From: the human T2T-CHM13v2.0 reference genome, Homo sapiens
Length of the DNA stretch: 64,000 bases
Direction: 5' to 3' (one strand)
Assembly: GCF_009914755.1 (NCBI RefSeq)
Contig: NC_060933.1
In this document: one piece after another, positions 45,840 through 62,925 of the stretch
How positions within the stretch are numbered: the stretch's first letter is position 1
Layout: each line of letters opens with the position of its first letter
Position numbers and translations under genes: made by a program
The notes under the pieces: model-generated
Database searches by the model: none
Told to the model about the DNA's origin: nothing
The model's input: the letters and a program-made list of their open reading frames with translations, nothing else

Positions 45840-46022
45840 GGCAGGGTAAGGTGGGGTGGGAAGGGGAGGGACAGGCGCAGATAGGGAGAGGAGGGAGTAA
45901 TAGGGTAAGGGAGATGAAGAGAAGGGCAAGGAGGGGAGGGAGTAGATAAGGGACAAGGAGGGAGGAAAAGAGAGGAGAGAAAGACGAGGAAGAGGGAGGG
46001 TGAAGACAGGGAAGGGGATGGC
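45840..46022. repeat. GA-rich low-complexity purine tract
   Basis: ~180 bp that is mostly G/A on the + strand. Confidence 0.85.
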
Positions 46023-47989
46023 CCAGAGGTATTCATTTGAAACAGCCCCAGCAGGACTGATTGTAACAGTGGCTGTCCAGTGAGAGAGAAAGGAAAGAAT
46101 CAAGAACAAATTCTAGATTTTTGACGTGGGAAACTGGGAGAAGTTGGGGACTTTTCCCATCTCAGTGCTTTTCACTGAGAGAAGAAAAGGAAGAGTCATA
46201 TTTGAGTGTGAAAACGAGAGTCGCCTTTGAGATCTATTAAGTTTAATATGCTTCATTAGGAAGCTCCCTCATTTCCCCCGTAGCATCAACATTCTTTCTA
46301 AAACATTTGGAAAGTATTATGATTTTTATTGTAGAGTCCCCCGACCCCAACAATTTTCTTTACTTTTTTCCTATTCATTGGTCATGGAAGTTGCTTCCAA
46401 TTTTCAGCTATTGTGAATAATGGGCTCTTTAAAGCATAGAACAGAGCTGGTTTGCAACGAACATTCTGTACACAGGTCTTTGTCAGCATCTCTGAATATT
46501 ATATTCCTAAAAATTCCCAGAGGTACGATTTGTAGGTCAAAGGCTGTAAACATTTTACAGCTTCTTAATACATATTGCCAAATGATGCTGCAAAAAATGG
46601 CACCATGTACATTTTTCAAGAGAAGCATCAAAGGATCTCACTGGTCCTCGCCACCTGGACTATTGTAATGGTCCTGAATTGTTGCTAATTAGATGTGCAG
46701 AAAATACTATTTTATGTTCATATCTGGATAAAGTACCCATGAGGGTTTTGACTAATGTATAGAGGAGGAGAATCCTTTTTAAGGATTTAGATGTGATTTT
46801 ACTGAGTTGCAGATGTCTTCTTCCCCACAGTACCTTGGGGGACTGAATACAGGTGTGGAGGCCACCCAGCTTGTGTCTGTGTTTACTGTCCTTCTCTGAT
46901 TGGAAGCCTCCCCATCTTATTCCATTATACTTTGCTACTGTTCTCCCACTTAGCTGACCTGTCACCTCTTGCCCGAGAGTCTCAGGGTTAGTAATGGATT
47001 TCATGACTGCACACTTTAGTAATGAAGAACTCCATTATCACCGGAAGGGGAGTGATCCTTCTGTGGTGTCTGAGCCAAGACAGGACAACATGGAAGCCCA
47101 GCACGTCAAGGTCCAGGAGCGTGTTCAGTGGCTGGGCCTGGGGGCAGGAGGAAGAGAAGAGACAGATGCAGGGAGAGCCCCCCCATCCTGCCCCCACCAT
47201 GATTACTCATCCTTCTTTGTAGTTACATTACTTCATTGTATTACCTGGAAATAACCTGTCTCCTTGGTTAATGGTCTATTCTTTGGGAGACAGCTTTAGA
47301 GGCCGGCAGACCTAAATTCTAATCCTTCTACCTGATGTTGGGCAAGTCACTTGTGGCTTTGGAGCCTCAGTTCCTAATCCGAAGTGAATCTCACAGTGGC
47401 CACCTCCCAGGGATGCTGTGCTAGATGAACTGCCTGAGTTGGGTAGCTGGGCCAGGCTCTAGGTCACGGTGAGATGCTGCAGCTGTGGCTGTACCCTGTT
47501 AGTGCTGGGTCTGGAATCCCAGCCTCCAACACAGCTGTGATTAAAGAATGCCTGGAAGGAGCAATGCAGGAGGAAGGAGAAGGATGAGAAGTTCGAGGTT
47601 AGCATCAGATGACTGGGGACTTGGCTTTCCTCTGGCTACTTCCCAGCTACTTTGGGCTCTGACACCTCTGGCCGGCCACACACACACCCTGAGCACTCAC
47701 CATCTCCCGGAACTCAGTAGCCTGATGGCCCAGGATGACTGAGTGCCGGCAGATCTGGCAGGAACAGCTTGTGAATGGCATGGGTGGCCAGGGTCTCTGC
47801 CTGATAAAGGGAATGTTCTTCCCTCAGGAAAGCGGCCCAGGTGTCCTGGAGCAAAGGACTATACTGGAATAGGTTGGTGCCTGCAGCCTAGAGCTTGGAC
47901 AGTTTCGGCAGCCAAATGAATCCTGGGGTTCCCAGTATTTGGGAAGAGGTTAAGGTATGTGGGAAGAGGCCAAAAACATAAGGAACCTC

Positions 47990-48870
47990 CCCGTGGCGTC
48001 AGGGTCCTGCTCCACACAGACAGAATCTGAGACGCCCTCCCCGGGGCACCTGGTTCTTCTCCAGTCCCTTGTCACCTCCCAAGCGGGCCTCGGAAAAGGC
48101 AGGTCTGAGGATGCGCACCGACGCGGGACCTAGTGCAGGCTGGTGGAGCCCCCTCCGCGGTCCTCTGAGTACAGCTGCCGGTCCCCACCTCTGAGGCAGA
48201 ACTTGAGGAAAATGGGGTCAAATGGAAGGTACTGGTATCGGGACACACGCGGGGAGGCCTCCAAACACCCTTTCAAGATGGTTCGTGTTGACCCCGATAG
48301 GTCTCGTGTTGGAGGGGCAGGCACTGGGGGTTGCTGGTCGACCCGCATGTTGCCCCACCACAGAGCATCCAGGGCTAAGAGCGCGGCAAGAGCCTCCTCC
48401 GAGCTTAAGCTGCAGGTCCAAGCTCCCACGAACAGATGGGGAGCGAATGCTTTGCTAGCAGGCGGAACAATCCTGCTAACGCTAGGGACATCCTGGAACT
48501 CGACGCTGGTGCACAGCGGCCACTTCTCTCTCTTGCGGGAGCTCCAGAGAACAAGTGCAATACGTAACATCGGCCGCCAGGTGGAGCCCGACAACGGCGC
48601 AAATGGCAGTAGTCCATGTCGGATCGCTTCTCAGACCTGAGTGGGTGGAGCGCGTCTGGCTCCTCTCCGAGCTCCGGGTCAGCACGACGCGTCCCCAGCA
48701 GCATAAGGGAAGGCTGACTGCTGGGAAGAGTACAGACTCTCCCTACGTGATTCCCAGTCTGGCCCGTGGAAAATGTAACCGCGAGCCTGCGGGCCGGGCG
48801 CCCTGCCAGGCCGGGCTTTCCAGAGCCGCGCAAGCGGACTTCGAAAATACCGTGCCCTCAGGTATGGGAT
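47990..48870. promoter_or_regulatory. Second CpG island with plus-strand donor cag|gtatgg at 48861/48862
   Basis: High CpG density and GC content, not recognisable as a repeat; sharp drop to AT-rich sequence after the donor. Confidence 0.7.
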
Positions 48871-48954
48871 GAAAAACTGCAACCATGAAAGCTTTGTTGA
48901 AAACACTTTAATTCTAAAATTTCTGAACAGAGAAGATCTTTAAAGCATAGAACA

Positions 48955-49090
48955 GAGCCCGTCACGGTTGTTCACGCCTGTAATCCTAGCGACTTGGGAG
49001 GCTGAGGCGAGAGGATCGCTTGAGGCTAGCAGTTTGAGACCAGCCTGGGCAACACAAATAGACCGCTGTCTCTTAAAATAAAAATAAAAA
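48955..49090 (+). mobile_element. Free left Alu monomer (FLAM-like)
   Basis: 'gaggatcgcttgaggctagcagtttgagaccagcctgggcaac' plus A-tail. Confidence 0.85.
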
Positions 49091-49499
49091 GGCATGTATA
49101 CAACAAAGACAACTCGAAAGCCATCAAGGACACGATTGATTAACTTGATAGCATAAAGTTTAAAGAAAATTTATCTGTGCACGTACCAGGACAAAGTCAA
49201 ATGACAACAAATGGGTGTGGGGAACATCGGTGCAAATACATGTGTGATAAGAATACTGATTTCACCATTACTTCTAATAACAAAAAATAAAGAAAACATA
49301 GCCATTCAGAGGAGCCAGGTTTAAAAAATTCTGGTACATCTATACAGTACCGTTAATTTATGTTTTGGTTTATTTCTTCAGGGCGGGAGACTTACATGTA
49401 GTAACATGGAAAAATGTCCATGATGAAACAGTAAATGAAAATAGCAAATTCATGAGAATGCAAATTAGAATCATACTGCGATACCATGAATGCCTTAGA

Positions 49500-51290
<1,791 letters not shown>

Positions 51291-52049
51291 GTCTCCAAGA
51301 GTTTCTTACTTCCCCTATGGGAATGTCTGTATTTCCTACAGAGATCAGTCAAAGCTGGACAGGGAGCCTCCAGGAAGGGTCTCTGACATGGCTACAGTTT
51401 TGCGTGGGGCACAGTTGCATACAGCACTCCCTAAAACGTTTCTCTTTCCCAATTAGCTAGCTGAGACATTCCCTAACTAGTCATGGAGGCCAGGGTGGGC
51501 ATCCCTTCCACCTGGTGGACTGAGTGGGGATTGGTCATAGGAGGCACCCTGCAAAATTGTATCTAAACCCCTCTCTGGAGGCCAGGACAAATATGAATGG
51601 ACCATGGAACTGGGGAGAGCCTGGATGGGAGCCAGTGGTCAGGAAGGCTTTGGGGGCTGCTCAGATGGGGCCAGGTGTGAAGGCCTGAGAAGGGTACCTT
51701 GTTGCATGGGTCTGGTTGGCCCGATGAGTCTCCAGAAAGTTTCTTAAGACCCCTGGTTGGGGGGAGGACTGCATCTGGCTAGAAAGTGAAGGCCCCAGGG
51801 ATGGGTTTGGTGCCCTACTTTCCACTCCAGTCCAAAGCAGTGCCTGTCATCAGAGGCACCAGAAAATATGTTCTAAGTACTCCCTGTTTGTGGGCACCAG
51901 GTAAGGATGCCCAGTAAGGCCTGGGAAGGCCTTGTGAATCCGGTCACAGTTCTTCCTGGCCTGGTCTATGGCATGCAAATTCTTTGAATGTTTGCAAGTC
52001 CCTCTCTGGAGGAGCAGCAAAGGCCTGAGTGGCTGAGGAGGCCTATTAT

Positions 52050-55000
52050 TTTTATTTATATTATTGTATATGAAATTATTACTTATGTTATTTTTGTTAT
52101 TATAAAAAGATGTAAAGTGTGACATCAAAAACATCAAACATGGGAGAAAAGGAAGTTAGAGTGAAAAGTTTGTGTATGCAATCAAAATTAACTGTTATCA
52201 GCTTAAATTAACCTGTTATAAGTATAACATGTTTTATGTAAGCCACAGGGTAGTCACAAAGCAAAACCTGTAATGGATACACAAAAGATAAAAGGAAAAG
52301 AACCAAAACATACTACTACAGAGAGCCATGAAGCCACAAGAGAAGAAAGCAAGAGAAGAAGAAGGGACCAAAGGCTCTACAAAGCAACTAGAAAACACTT
52401 TAACAATGGCAAGAGTAAGTTCATACGTGTCAATAATAACCTAGAATGTAAATGGATTAAATTCTGCAGTTAAAAGATACATAGTGGCTAAATGAGGTAT
52501 TTTTTTAAAGACCCAGCTATATGCTGCCGACAAAAGACTCACCTCACCCGTAAGGACACATGAAGATATTCCATGCAAATGGAAAGCAAAAGAAAGCAGC
52601 GGTAGTTGTACTTTTATCAGATAAAATAGACTTCACATTAGAAATCCTAAAAAGAGACAAAGGAGATTATTATATAATGATAAAAGGATCAATTCAGCAA
52701 GAAGGTATAACAATTATGAGTATACACCCACCCAACACCAGAGCAAATACTAGATCTAAAGGGAGAGACAGACTGCATTTCAATAATAGGAGACTTCAAC
52801 ACCCTACTTTCAGCACCGAACAGATCATCCAAAGAGAAAATCAGCAAAGGAACATTGGACTTAAACTACACTCTAGAGCAAATAAACCTAACTTTTACAG
52901 AAAATGTCATTCAACAGCTGGAGAACGTGTATATATTCTTCTCATGAGCACATGGAGCATTCTTCAGCATAGACCATATGTTAGGCCACAAAACAAGTCT
53001 CAACACATTTTTAAAAATTAAAATCACATCAAGTATCTTTTTTGACCACAATGGAATAAAACTAGAAATCAATAACAAGAGGAACTTTGGAAAATGCACC
53101 AATACAACATGCTCCTGAACAACCAATGGGTAAATAACGAAATTAAAAAGAATATTTAAGAATTTCTTAAAACAAATAAAAATAGAAACACAACATACCA
53201 AAATTTATGTTATATATCAAAAGCAGCAGCAGTACTAAGAGGGGTAGTTTATAGAAATAAATGCCTATATAAAAAGGTAGAAAGATTTCAAATATAATGA
53301 TGCACCTCATGAAACTAGAAAAGCAAGAATAAATCAAACCCAAAATTACAGGAAGAAGAAATACTAAAGATCACAACAAAAATAAATAAAATTGAGACTA
53401 AAAATATGAAAGATCAACCAAATGAAAATATTGTTTTGAAAAGGTAGACAAAATCAACAAATATTTAGGTAGACTAATGAAAAGAAAAACTCAATGGAAT
53501 AGAATCAGAGATAAAAAGGAGATATTACAACTGATAAAACAGAAATACAAAAGGTCATTACAGACCATTATGAACAATTTACATCAACAAATTGAAAACT
53601 TATAAAATAGATATAATCTTGGACACATATAACCTACCAAGATTGAACCATGAAGAAACAGGAAACCTGAATAGAACAATAATGAATAATGTGATTGAAT
53701 CAGTAATAAAAAGTCTAACAAAGAAAAGTCTAGGACCATATGGCTTTACAGATGAATCCTACCTAACTTTTAAAGATAAGCTAATGCCAATTATTCTCAA
53801 ACTATTTTGAAAAATCAAAGGGGAGAGAATGCTTCCAAATCTTTTTTAAGGCCAGCATTACCCTGATACCAAAACCAGACAAGGACACAACAAAAAAAAC
53901 TATAGGCCAATATTTTTAATGAGCATAAATGCAAAACTCTTTTAAAAAAAAACCCTAGAAAACAAAATCCAACAGCACAGAAAAAAGATTATACACCATG
54001 ATCAGGTGGTATTTTCCCCCAGGGATGCAAGGATGCTTCAACCTACAAATATCAATAAATGTGATACATCACATACATCACATCAAGAGAATAAAGAACA
54101 AAACCTTGTGATTATCTCAATAGACACAGAAGTAGTGTTTGATAAAATTCAACTCCTCTTTGTGATTAAAAAAAAACCCTCTCAACAAATTAGGTATAGA
54201 AAGAACATACCTTAAAACATTAATGTTCATATATGATAAACCCACGGTTAACATCGTACTGAATAGGGAAAAGTTGAAAGCCTTTTCTCTAACATAGAAC
54301 AAGACAAAGATATTCACTTTCCCCTAAGATCCTTTCTCTAAGATCTAGAACAAGACAAGGATATTTACTTTCACCACTTTTATTGAAAAGTGGTCAATCA
54401 CATCGTTTTCTTTTATTGAAAAGTGGTGAAAGAGTCCTAGACAGAGCTATTAAAAAAGAAATAAAGAGCATTGGAAAAGAGGAAGTCAAATTGTCACTGT
54501 TTGCAAATGACATGATCTTATATTTAGGATAAGCTAAAGACTTCACTAAAAAGCTGTTACAACTGGTTAACTATTTCAGCAAAGTGGCAGAATACAAAAT
54601 CAACATACAAAAACCAGTAGCATTTCCATATGCCAATAGTGAACAATCTGAAAATCAAGGAAGCAACCCCATTCACCATAGCTACAAAAATATAAAATGC
54701 CTAGGAATAAATTTAACCAAAGAGGTAAAAGATCTGTACAATAAAAACTGTAAAACACTGATAAAAGAAATTGAAGAGGACACAAAAAATAAAAAAACTC
54801 ATATGCATGAATTAGAAAAATTAATATTGTTAAAATGTCCATACTACCCAATGTTAACTATAGACTCAAGACAATTCCTATCAAGTGACATTCTTCACAG
54901 ATATAGAAAAAGCAAGCCTAAAATTCATGTGAAATCACAAAAAAGCCTGAGTATACAAAGCAACCCTGAACAAAAAGAACAAAGCTGGAGACATCACACT

Positions 55001-56596
55001 ATCTGACTTCAAAATATACTACAAAGCTGCAGTGATAAAAAATAAAAAGCATGTTTATGGCATAAAAACAGACATATACACCAAAGGAACGAAATAGAGA
55101 ACACAGAAACAAATCCATGTATTTATAGCCAACTGATTTTCATCAAAGGCCCTAAGAACATACACTGGGGAAACAACAGTATCTTTAATAAATGGTGCTG
55201 GGAAAACTGAGTAACCATATGCAGAAGAGTGGAGCTTGACCCTGATCTCTCACCATATACAAAAATCAACTTAAAATGGATTACAGAGTTAAATGTAAGC
55301 CTCAAAACTGTGAACCTACTAGAACAAAACTTAGGTAAAATCCTTCAGGACATTGGTCCGAGCAAAGATTTATTGAGTAAGACCTCAAAAGCACAGGAAA
55401 CCACAGCAAAAATTGACAAATGGGATTACATCGAATGAAAAACCTTCTGCACAGGAAAGGAAAAAATCAACAACGTGAAGAGACAACCTACAGAATGGGA
55501 GAAAATATTTGCAAAGTATTCATCGGATAAGGGATTAATAATCAGAATACACCATGATGCTCAAAAAACTCAATAGCAAAAAAAAAAAAAAAAAAAAACA
55601 ACAACAAATACTCTGATTTTGAAAGGGGCAAAAGATCTGAATAGACATATTTCTCAAAAGAAGAAAATCAAATGGCCAACACATAAATGAAAAAATGCTC
55701 AACATGATTGATGATCACAGAAATGCAAATCAAAATCACAATGAGATATCCTTGCACCCCAGTTAAAGTGGCTATTATCAAAAAGACAGAAAATGACAAA
55801 TGATAAGGAGGATGTGGAGAAAGGGAAGTGCTCATACACTGCTGGTAGGAATGTAAATTCGTACAGGTACTGGAAATCTCCACACTGAAAAGCACTGTGG
55901 AGATTTGTCAATAAAACTAACCATAGAACTACCATATGATCCAGCAATCCCACTAGTTGGTATATGGCCAAAAGATAAGAACTCAGTGTATCAAAGAGAT
56001 ATCTGCATTCCCATGTTTATTGCAGCAGCACTATTCACAATAGCCAAAATATGGAATCAACCTAAGTATCCATCAATGAATGAATGGGTAAAGGAAATAT
56101 GGTATATATACACAATGGAATATTATTCAGCCAGAAGAAAGAATGAAATTCTGTCATTTGTAGCAACATAGATGGAATTGGAGGACATTATGTTAAGTGA
56201 AATAAGCCAGATACAGAAAGACAAATATCATGCTTTTACTCATATGTGTGGGCTAAAAAAATGGGAGGTAGTGAACAGAATGGTGTTTAGCAAAAACTGG
56301 GAAGGGTAGTGGGAGGAGGGCATGAAAAGGGGTTGGTTAATGGATATAAAATACAGTTAGATAGATAGAAGGAGTAAGATCTAGTGTTTGGTAGCACAAT
56401 AGGGCAACTATAGTTAACAGTAATTTATTTTGTATTTCACAACGTTCTCAACACAAGAAAACAATAAATGTTTGAGGTAATGAATATCCCAGTTACCCAT
56501 ATCTGATCATTACACACTGTATGCTTGTATCAAAATATCACAGGTACTCTATAAATATGTACAACTATTATGTTTTCATAAAAATTAAAAATAAAA
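52050..56596 (+). mobile_element. L1MA-type element, inter-ORF region to 3' end, degenerate ORF2
   Basis: ORFs 'MKIFHANGKQKKA', 'TYNLPRLNHEE', 'IELPYDPAIPL..TMEYYSA'; L1MA 3' UTR and A-rich end. Confidence 0.93.
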
Positions 56597-56778
56597 ACTA
56601 GACTATTAATTGTTCTACTTTGTGGACATAAAATATCTTTCCATTTATTTGTGTTTTCTTCCATTTTCTTTCATCAGTGTTTTATAGTTTTCAGTGTACA
56701 GTTCTTTCACCTCCTTGGTTAAATTTACACCTAAGTATTTTATAAGTTTTTTGTTGCTATTGTAATTGGATTGCATTC

Positions 56779-57011
56779 TTTTTTTTTTTTCTGCCTCCCA
56801 GGTTCAAGCGATTCTCCTGCTTCAGGCTCCCGAGTAGCTGGGATTACAGGCACCCGCCATCATGCCCGGCTAATTTTTTTTGTATTTTTTAGTAGAGACA
56901 GGTTTTCACCATGTTGATCAGGCTGGTCACTCTAATTCCTGACCTCAGGTGATCTGCCCACCTCGGCCTCCCAAAGTGCTGGGATTACAGGCGTGACCGC
57001 CGCGCCCAGCC
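56779..57011 (-). mobile_element. Alu lacking the 3' part of the right arm, within a short antisense L1 fragment
   Basis: PolyT joined directly to 'ctgcctcccaggttcaag'; TSD ggattg(c/t)attctt. Confidence 0.9.
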
Positions 57012-57733
57012 GGGATTGTATTCTTAATTTCCATTTTGGATAGCTCACTATCAGTTTATAGAAATGGTAAATCACCCTTTGTGGATAAAGCATGGGTACT
57101 CAGCAATTAGGAATAAACCCTTCAGCTAATGTCTAAGTTGCTTTCATTGTTACTTTATCTGTTTGATTTCTTGTCTAAAGTTTGATAATGGCAACTAACC
57201 CATTTTTAAGAGAAATTAAAATGGATAACATGCATGTGATATTCTGTGAAAATTGCATGACTTCTTTTAATTAATTTAAGGAAACTATAGATGTGTAGTT
57301 AGGGCTTTAAACCAAACTGGTGCAATTTATTTTCTGCTAAATTACAAAGTTATTTGATTGAATTGACAAGTAATATTGCTTTGTTTTATTTTTAATTCGT
57401 TACTGTGCAAATTCACATTTGGGGAATGTAAGATTATATAGGAAACCTTGAACCACCTTTAAATAACTATATTTTTATTTATTAAGCCACAAACAGTTTA
57501 GTTATGTTGTTATGAGCAAATATATTTACTATTTTTTCTCTGCAATAGGAATAGAGATTTCTTTTGCTCTTCTATCTCAACTGAAAAGCATGTTTTCTGG
57601 ATCACTGCCATTGGCTCCTTCCATAGTATTTAATAAATATATGCATTTCATAGTGTTAGGCTTGTATAAATACACTACTAACTTCTCTTCACTATAAATG
57701 AACTTGAGCAACTCTCATATCTACAATTTCTAG

Positions 57734-57938
57734 CACCAGGAAAGTGACATTTTCCTTTAAGATGGGGAATAGGCCTTTTGAGGTCATGGTGGAGTCATAT
57801 ACTCCCTTTTATGACAATTATTAGCACCACGTGAGGGCAGAGAGGAATGTAAAAAAAGTATCATTTCAAGTTACTAAGCTACAACCTGCCACCACTGATG
57901 GCATGTCCACTTACAGCTCACGAGCCAGCTCTTCATCA
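57734..57938 (+). pseudogene. CNTNAP3/CNTNAP4-like pseudo-exon (laminin-G domain)
   Basis: ttctag| then [62 protein letters not shown]; matches recalled CNTNAP3 '[37 protein letters not shown]'; in-frame stop, frameshift, donor mutated to ataagt. Confidence 0.88.
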
Positions 57939-58006
57939 ATAAGTGCTGCTTTGCAGTGGTTTGTAATTGAATTGTATGATGTAAATGTGGAGACAGCCAA
58001 TCATGA

Positions 58007-59129
58007 TGTTACAGGATCTTTGGGGTGTCGATTTTCTTGCCCAGAAACCTCTGTGGACAGTGGCATCTTTGCCTGAGTTCTTGTCCTGCATCCAGGAGGA
58101 ATGAGGTACGCAGACAAAGGAATGGCGAAGAAGATTAAGAGGAGTTTTATTTAGTGTTAGAACAGCTCAGAGAAGACCCACAGTGGGTAGCTCCTCTCTG
58201 CAGGCAGGTCATCCGGTGGAGTGTTCAGCTTTCAGCAGAGAGGAGGCCCTGGCGAGTGTGGCTCCTCTCTGCAGGCTGGTCATTTGGAGGTCTCTGCAGG
58301 TCTCTGAAGCTCTCAGTAGAGGGGAGAGTTCGTCTCTGCAGCTGGTCATCCCATCGTCTCTCTGTCCTCTGCCCTCTCTGGCAGAGCCCAGGGCTTTTAT
58401 GGACCTCAGAAAGGAAGAAGTACCTGCCAACTGGTCCATGAGCAGCCATTGGCGGCCCAGAGGAGGGACAGATCCCCAGTCCTGTCCACAGGATTGGCAG
58501 TCTGGCTCCCAGCCTTCAGGCCCTCCCCGGCTTGAAGGTGGGGCTTTACTGGGGACCCATCCGCTTCTGCCCAGGACTCTCCCTCCCCCTGCCATTCAAG
58601 TCCCCAGGGCTCGACCAACCCTGTTGGGAGATTAAAGAGGGTGCCAGAAGAGGAGAGAGGCCAGGCAGTGAGAGCAGACATCCCGGAGCCAGCAGGGGGT
58701 GGCGGGTGCAGGCTGCCAAGATGCCAGGGTCCTGTGCCTGGGAGGGTGGCCTTAGTTGCACCCAGGGAGCTCCCACCCAGCCAACTCAGAAGGGGCGGGG
58801 CTTCTGCTTGTCTCCGTCTCCTGCCTGCTCCATGGAGCCGGAAGCCCAGGTCTGCAGCAGTAGGTTGGGTGGCTGCAGCTGTACCCAGGAGGGCAGATCC
58901 TGTCGGTTCCCAGCCCCCTCCAAGAGCACAGGGAAGCTTGGATCCACAGCTGCAGTTTGGGCTGGGCTACAGCCTGCTCCGTAGAGCAGGAGGCCTGGGT
59001 CTGCAGCCGCACCAGGGAACTCATACCCCAACTCAGAAGGGGTGGGGCTCCCACCAGCTTCATGGAGTATGCAGGCCCAGCCATGCCTCCCTGCTGTAGC
59101 CCGCATGATGGCTGCAGCTGCTGCCATCA
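58007..59129 (-). mobile_element. MER52 (C-type, shorter) ERV1 solo LTR
   Basis: 'tgttacaggatc...gctgccatca', reverse complement of the 40701 element ends; 4-bp TSD atga. Confidence 0.9.
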
Positions 59130-60610
<1,481 letters not shown>

Positions 60611-61063
60611 AAATTACCGAACTGCTAAATATGTGTATCACTCTAGGAAATGAAAGACACCTCTTCAACTGCTTTTGTGTCTTGACTTTTTTCCCAAAGG
60701 AAGACCTATATTTTGCTTCATTTCTTTCTACTCTACATTTCTTTTTACTCTGCTTGCATTTAGTTTAAAAGAAAAAGCTCTCTGTTGGTGATTTCTAATC
60801 TATTTTAAAGTAAATAATTGTACTGTCCAATTAGAGACTGAGATAACTCATGAATTATCACACAGGTTGTTCTCCTGTACAATATATATGATTTTGAGTA
60901 CTAATATTACACAGTGAATTCAGAATTGTGTGTATGTACATACATACCATAGTCTTATAAATAACTTCAACTTGCAATAATTAACTTGCAGTTAATTCTT
61001 ACAGTAGTATGAGTTTGGGCCTCTTAAAAAAAGAACTAAAACCAACTCCCTGCCTGAGAATAG

Positions 61064-61065
<2 letters not shown>

Positions 61066-61095
<30 letters not shown>
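61066..61095. repeat. (CA)15 microsatellite
   Basis: Direct reading. Confidence 0.97.
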
Positions 61096-61096
<1 letters not shown>

Positions 61097-61254
61097 AAAT
61101 TGAATAATCTTGTTTTCTCGCTTACAATTGTGGGCATTCATTTATGGAATTCTTGGCAGCTATGTTAGCATAAAACCCCACCTATAATTATCATTCATAT
61201 TAGAATAATATTTCACAAATGTGGTCAGTATTGTCTTCTGCAACATTACAGTTA

Positions 61255-61530
61255 GTTGGTGGAATAAGTTCTAGTGTTGTACAGCACTATAGGGTAACCA
61301 CAGTAAACAACAGTGTGTTGTCTTTTTTTTCAGATACCTGGGAGAGAGGATTTTTCATGTTACCAACACAAAGAAATGATAAAGGTTTGAGGTCATGGGC
61401 ATGCTAATTACCCTGATTTGATCATTATACATTTTATACATCTACTGAAATATCCCACTGTACCCCATAAATATGTACAATTATTATGTGTCAAGTAAAA
61501 TATGAATATATATAGTAAATAAATAAATGA
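61255..61530 (+). mobile_element. L1MA-type 3' end
   Basis: 'ggaataagttctagtgtt..gctaattaccctgatttgatcatt..cccataaatatgtacaattattatgtgtc'. Confidence 0.85.
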
Positions 61531-61711
61531 AGTAATTTGCCATTACTTAACATTTCATTAAATGTATGTTTCCAAAATTATATTTGTTCTTGAGACCTTT
61601 TGAGTGATCACAGTTTCTGCTATTCTCCATAAGGCCTCAGTTTGACAGGGTGATGAAATCTTGAATAAAACTCAAAGGAATGTGTTTGTATTTGCAGTGC
61701 TTCCCTTGCAG

Positions 61712-62006
<295 letters not shown>

Positions 62007-62795
62007 TAAGGAATGCGACAATTCTAGTCACTTGAAAGTGAACTATATCTGTCGAGAATTCCTAGTTTTAATTGGGAAGAAATGCGCTTCTCTTCTTGAA
62101 AAGCCACAGGTTATTGCTGTTATGTCTAATATCAGTCCTCTCTGGATTTCTCAAAAGATTTTCTGTATATCCTACCATTTTCCTTCTGTTGCTGCAGTTT
62201 GGAAGTAGTTTGTTATCAGGATTATCAAAGCATCATTGCTATTTATGACAATGACTTTAAGAAATGCAAGAATATTTGGAACACTGTAGAAAAAATATTT
62301 TAGCCTGGAAGGCAAATACTAATTTCAGGAACTATTGATCTGTTATAAAACAGGACCACTCAGACATTTAGCTCTAAGACTTTCACATATCCGTTGTTAG
62401 AGGCGTATAGTGGGGGGCATGACTCAGCTTCTGCTTAAGTACAAGGTGTTGTCTGCAGCGAAGGAAGAATTTGATTGTAGTATCAACAGAACCAGACAGA
62501 ACTCTTTGAATATAATTATATATCTTGGAAACTGACTCATCAAAGCTATTAGATTACATGGCATCATTTAAGCATCACTGGGCTCTGTACTTTTCATTAT
62601 CTGTACTTTTCATTATGGAGTATAATAGGCTTTATTTGGTACAGAAATTGGGTCTAAGATGAAACAACTTGTGATTTTTGAATAAACTTTTGGGGATTAG
62701 TTACTTTGATGTTGTCAAGATAGCACCATAGTAAGTCCTCTGTCTTTCCTCTTGATTTATTTATAATTTAGAATCAGTTTATGATTTTAAAAAAT

Positions 62796-62925
62796 GTGAC
62801 AGACACAGTGGCATGCACCAGTAGTACCAGCCACATGGGAAACTGAGGCAGAAGGATCACTTGATCCCAGAAGATAGAGACCACCCTGGGCAACATAATG
62901 AGAGCCCCATCTCAAAAAAAAAAAA
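62796..62925 (+). mobile_element. Free left Alu monomer (FLAM-like)
   Basis: Monomer with A-tail. Confidence 0.8.

Noticed and set aside
52050-56596. Potentially active L1
   Set aside because: ORF2 is broken by many stops and frameshifts; no 5' UTR or ORF1
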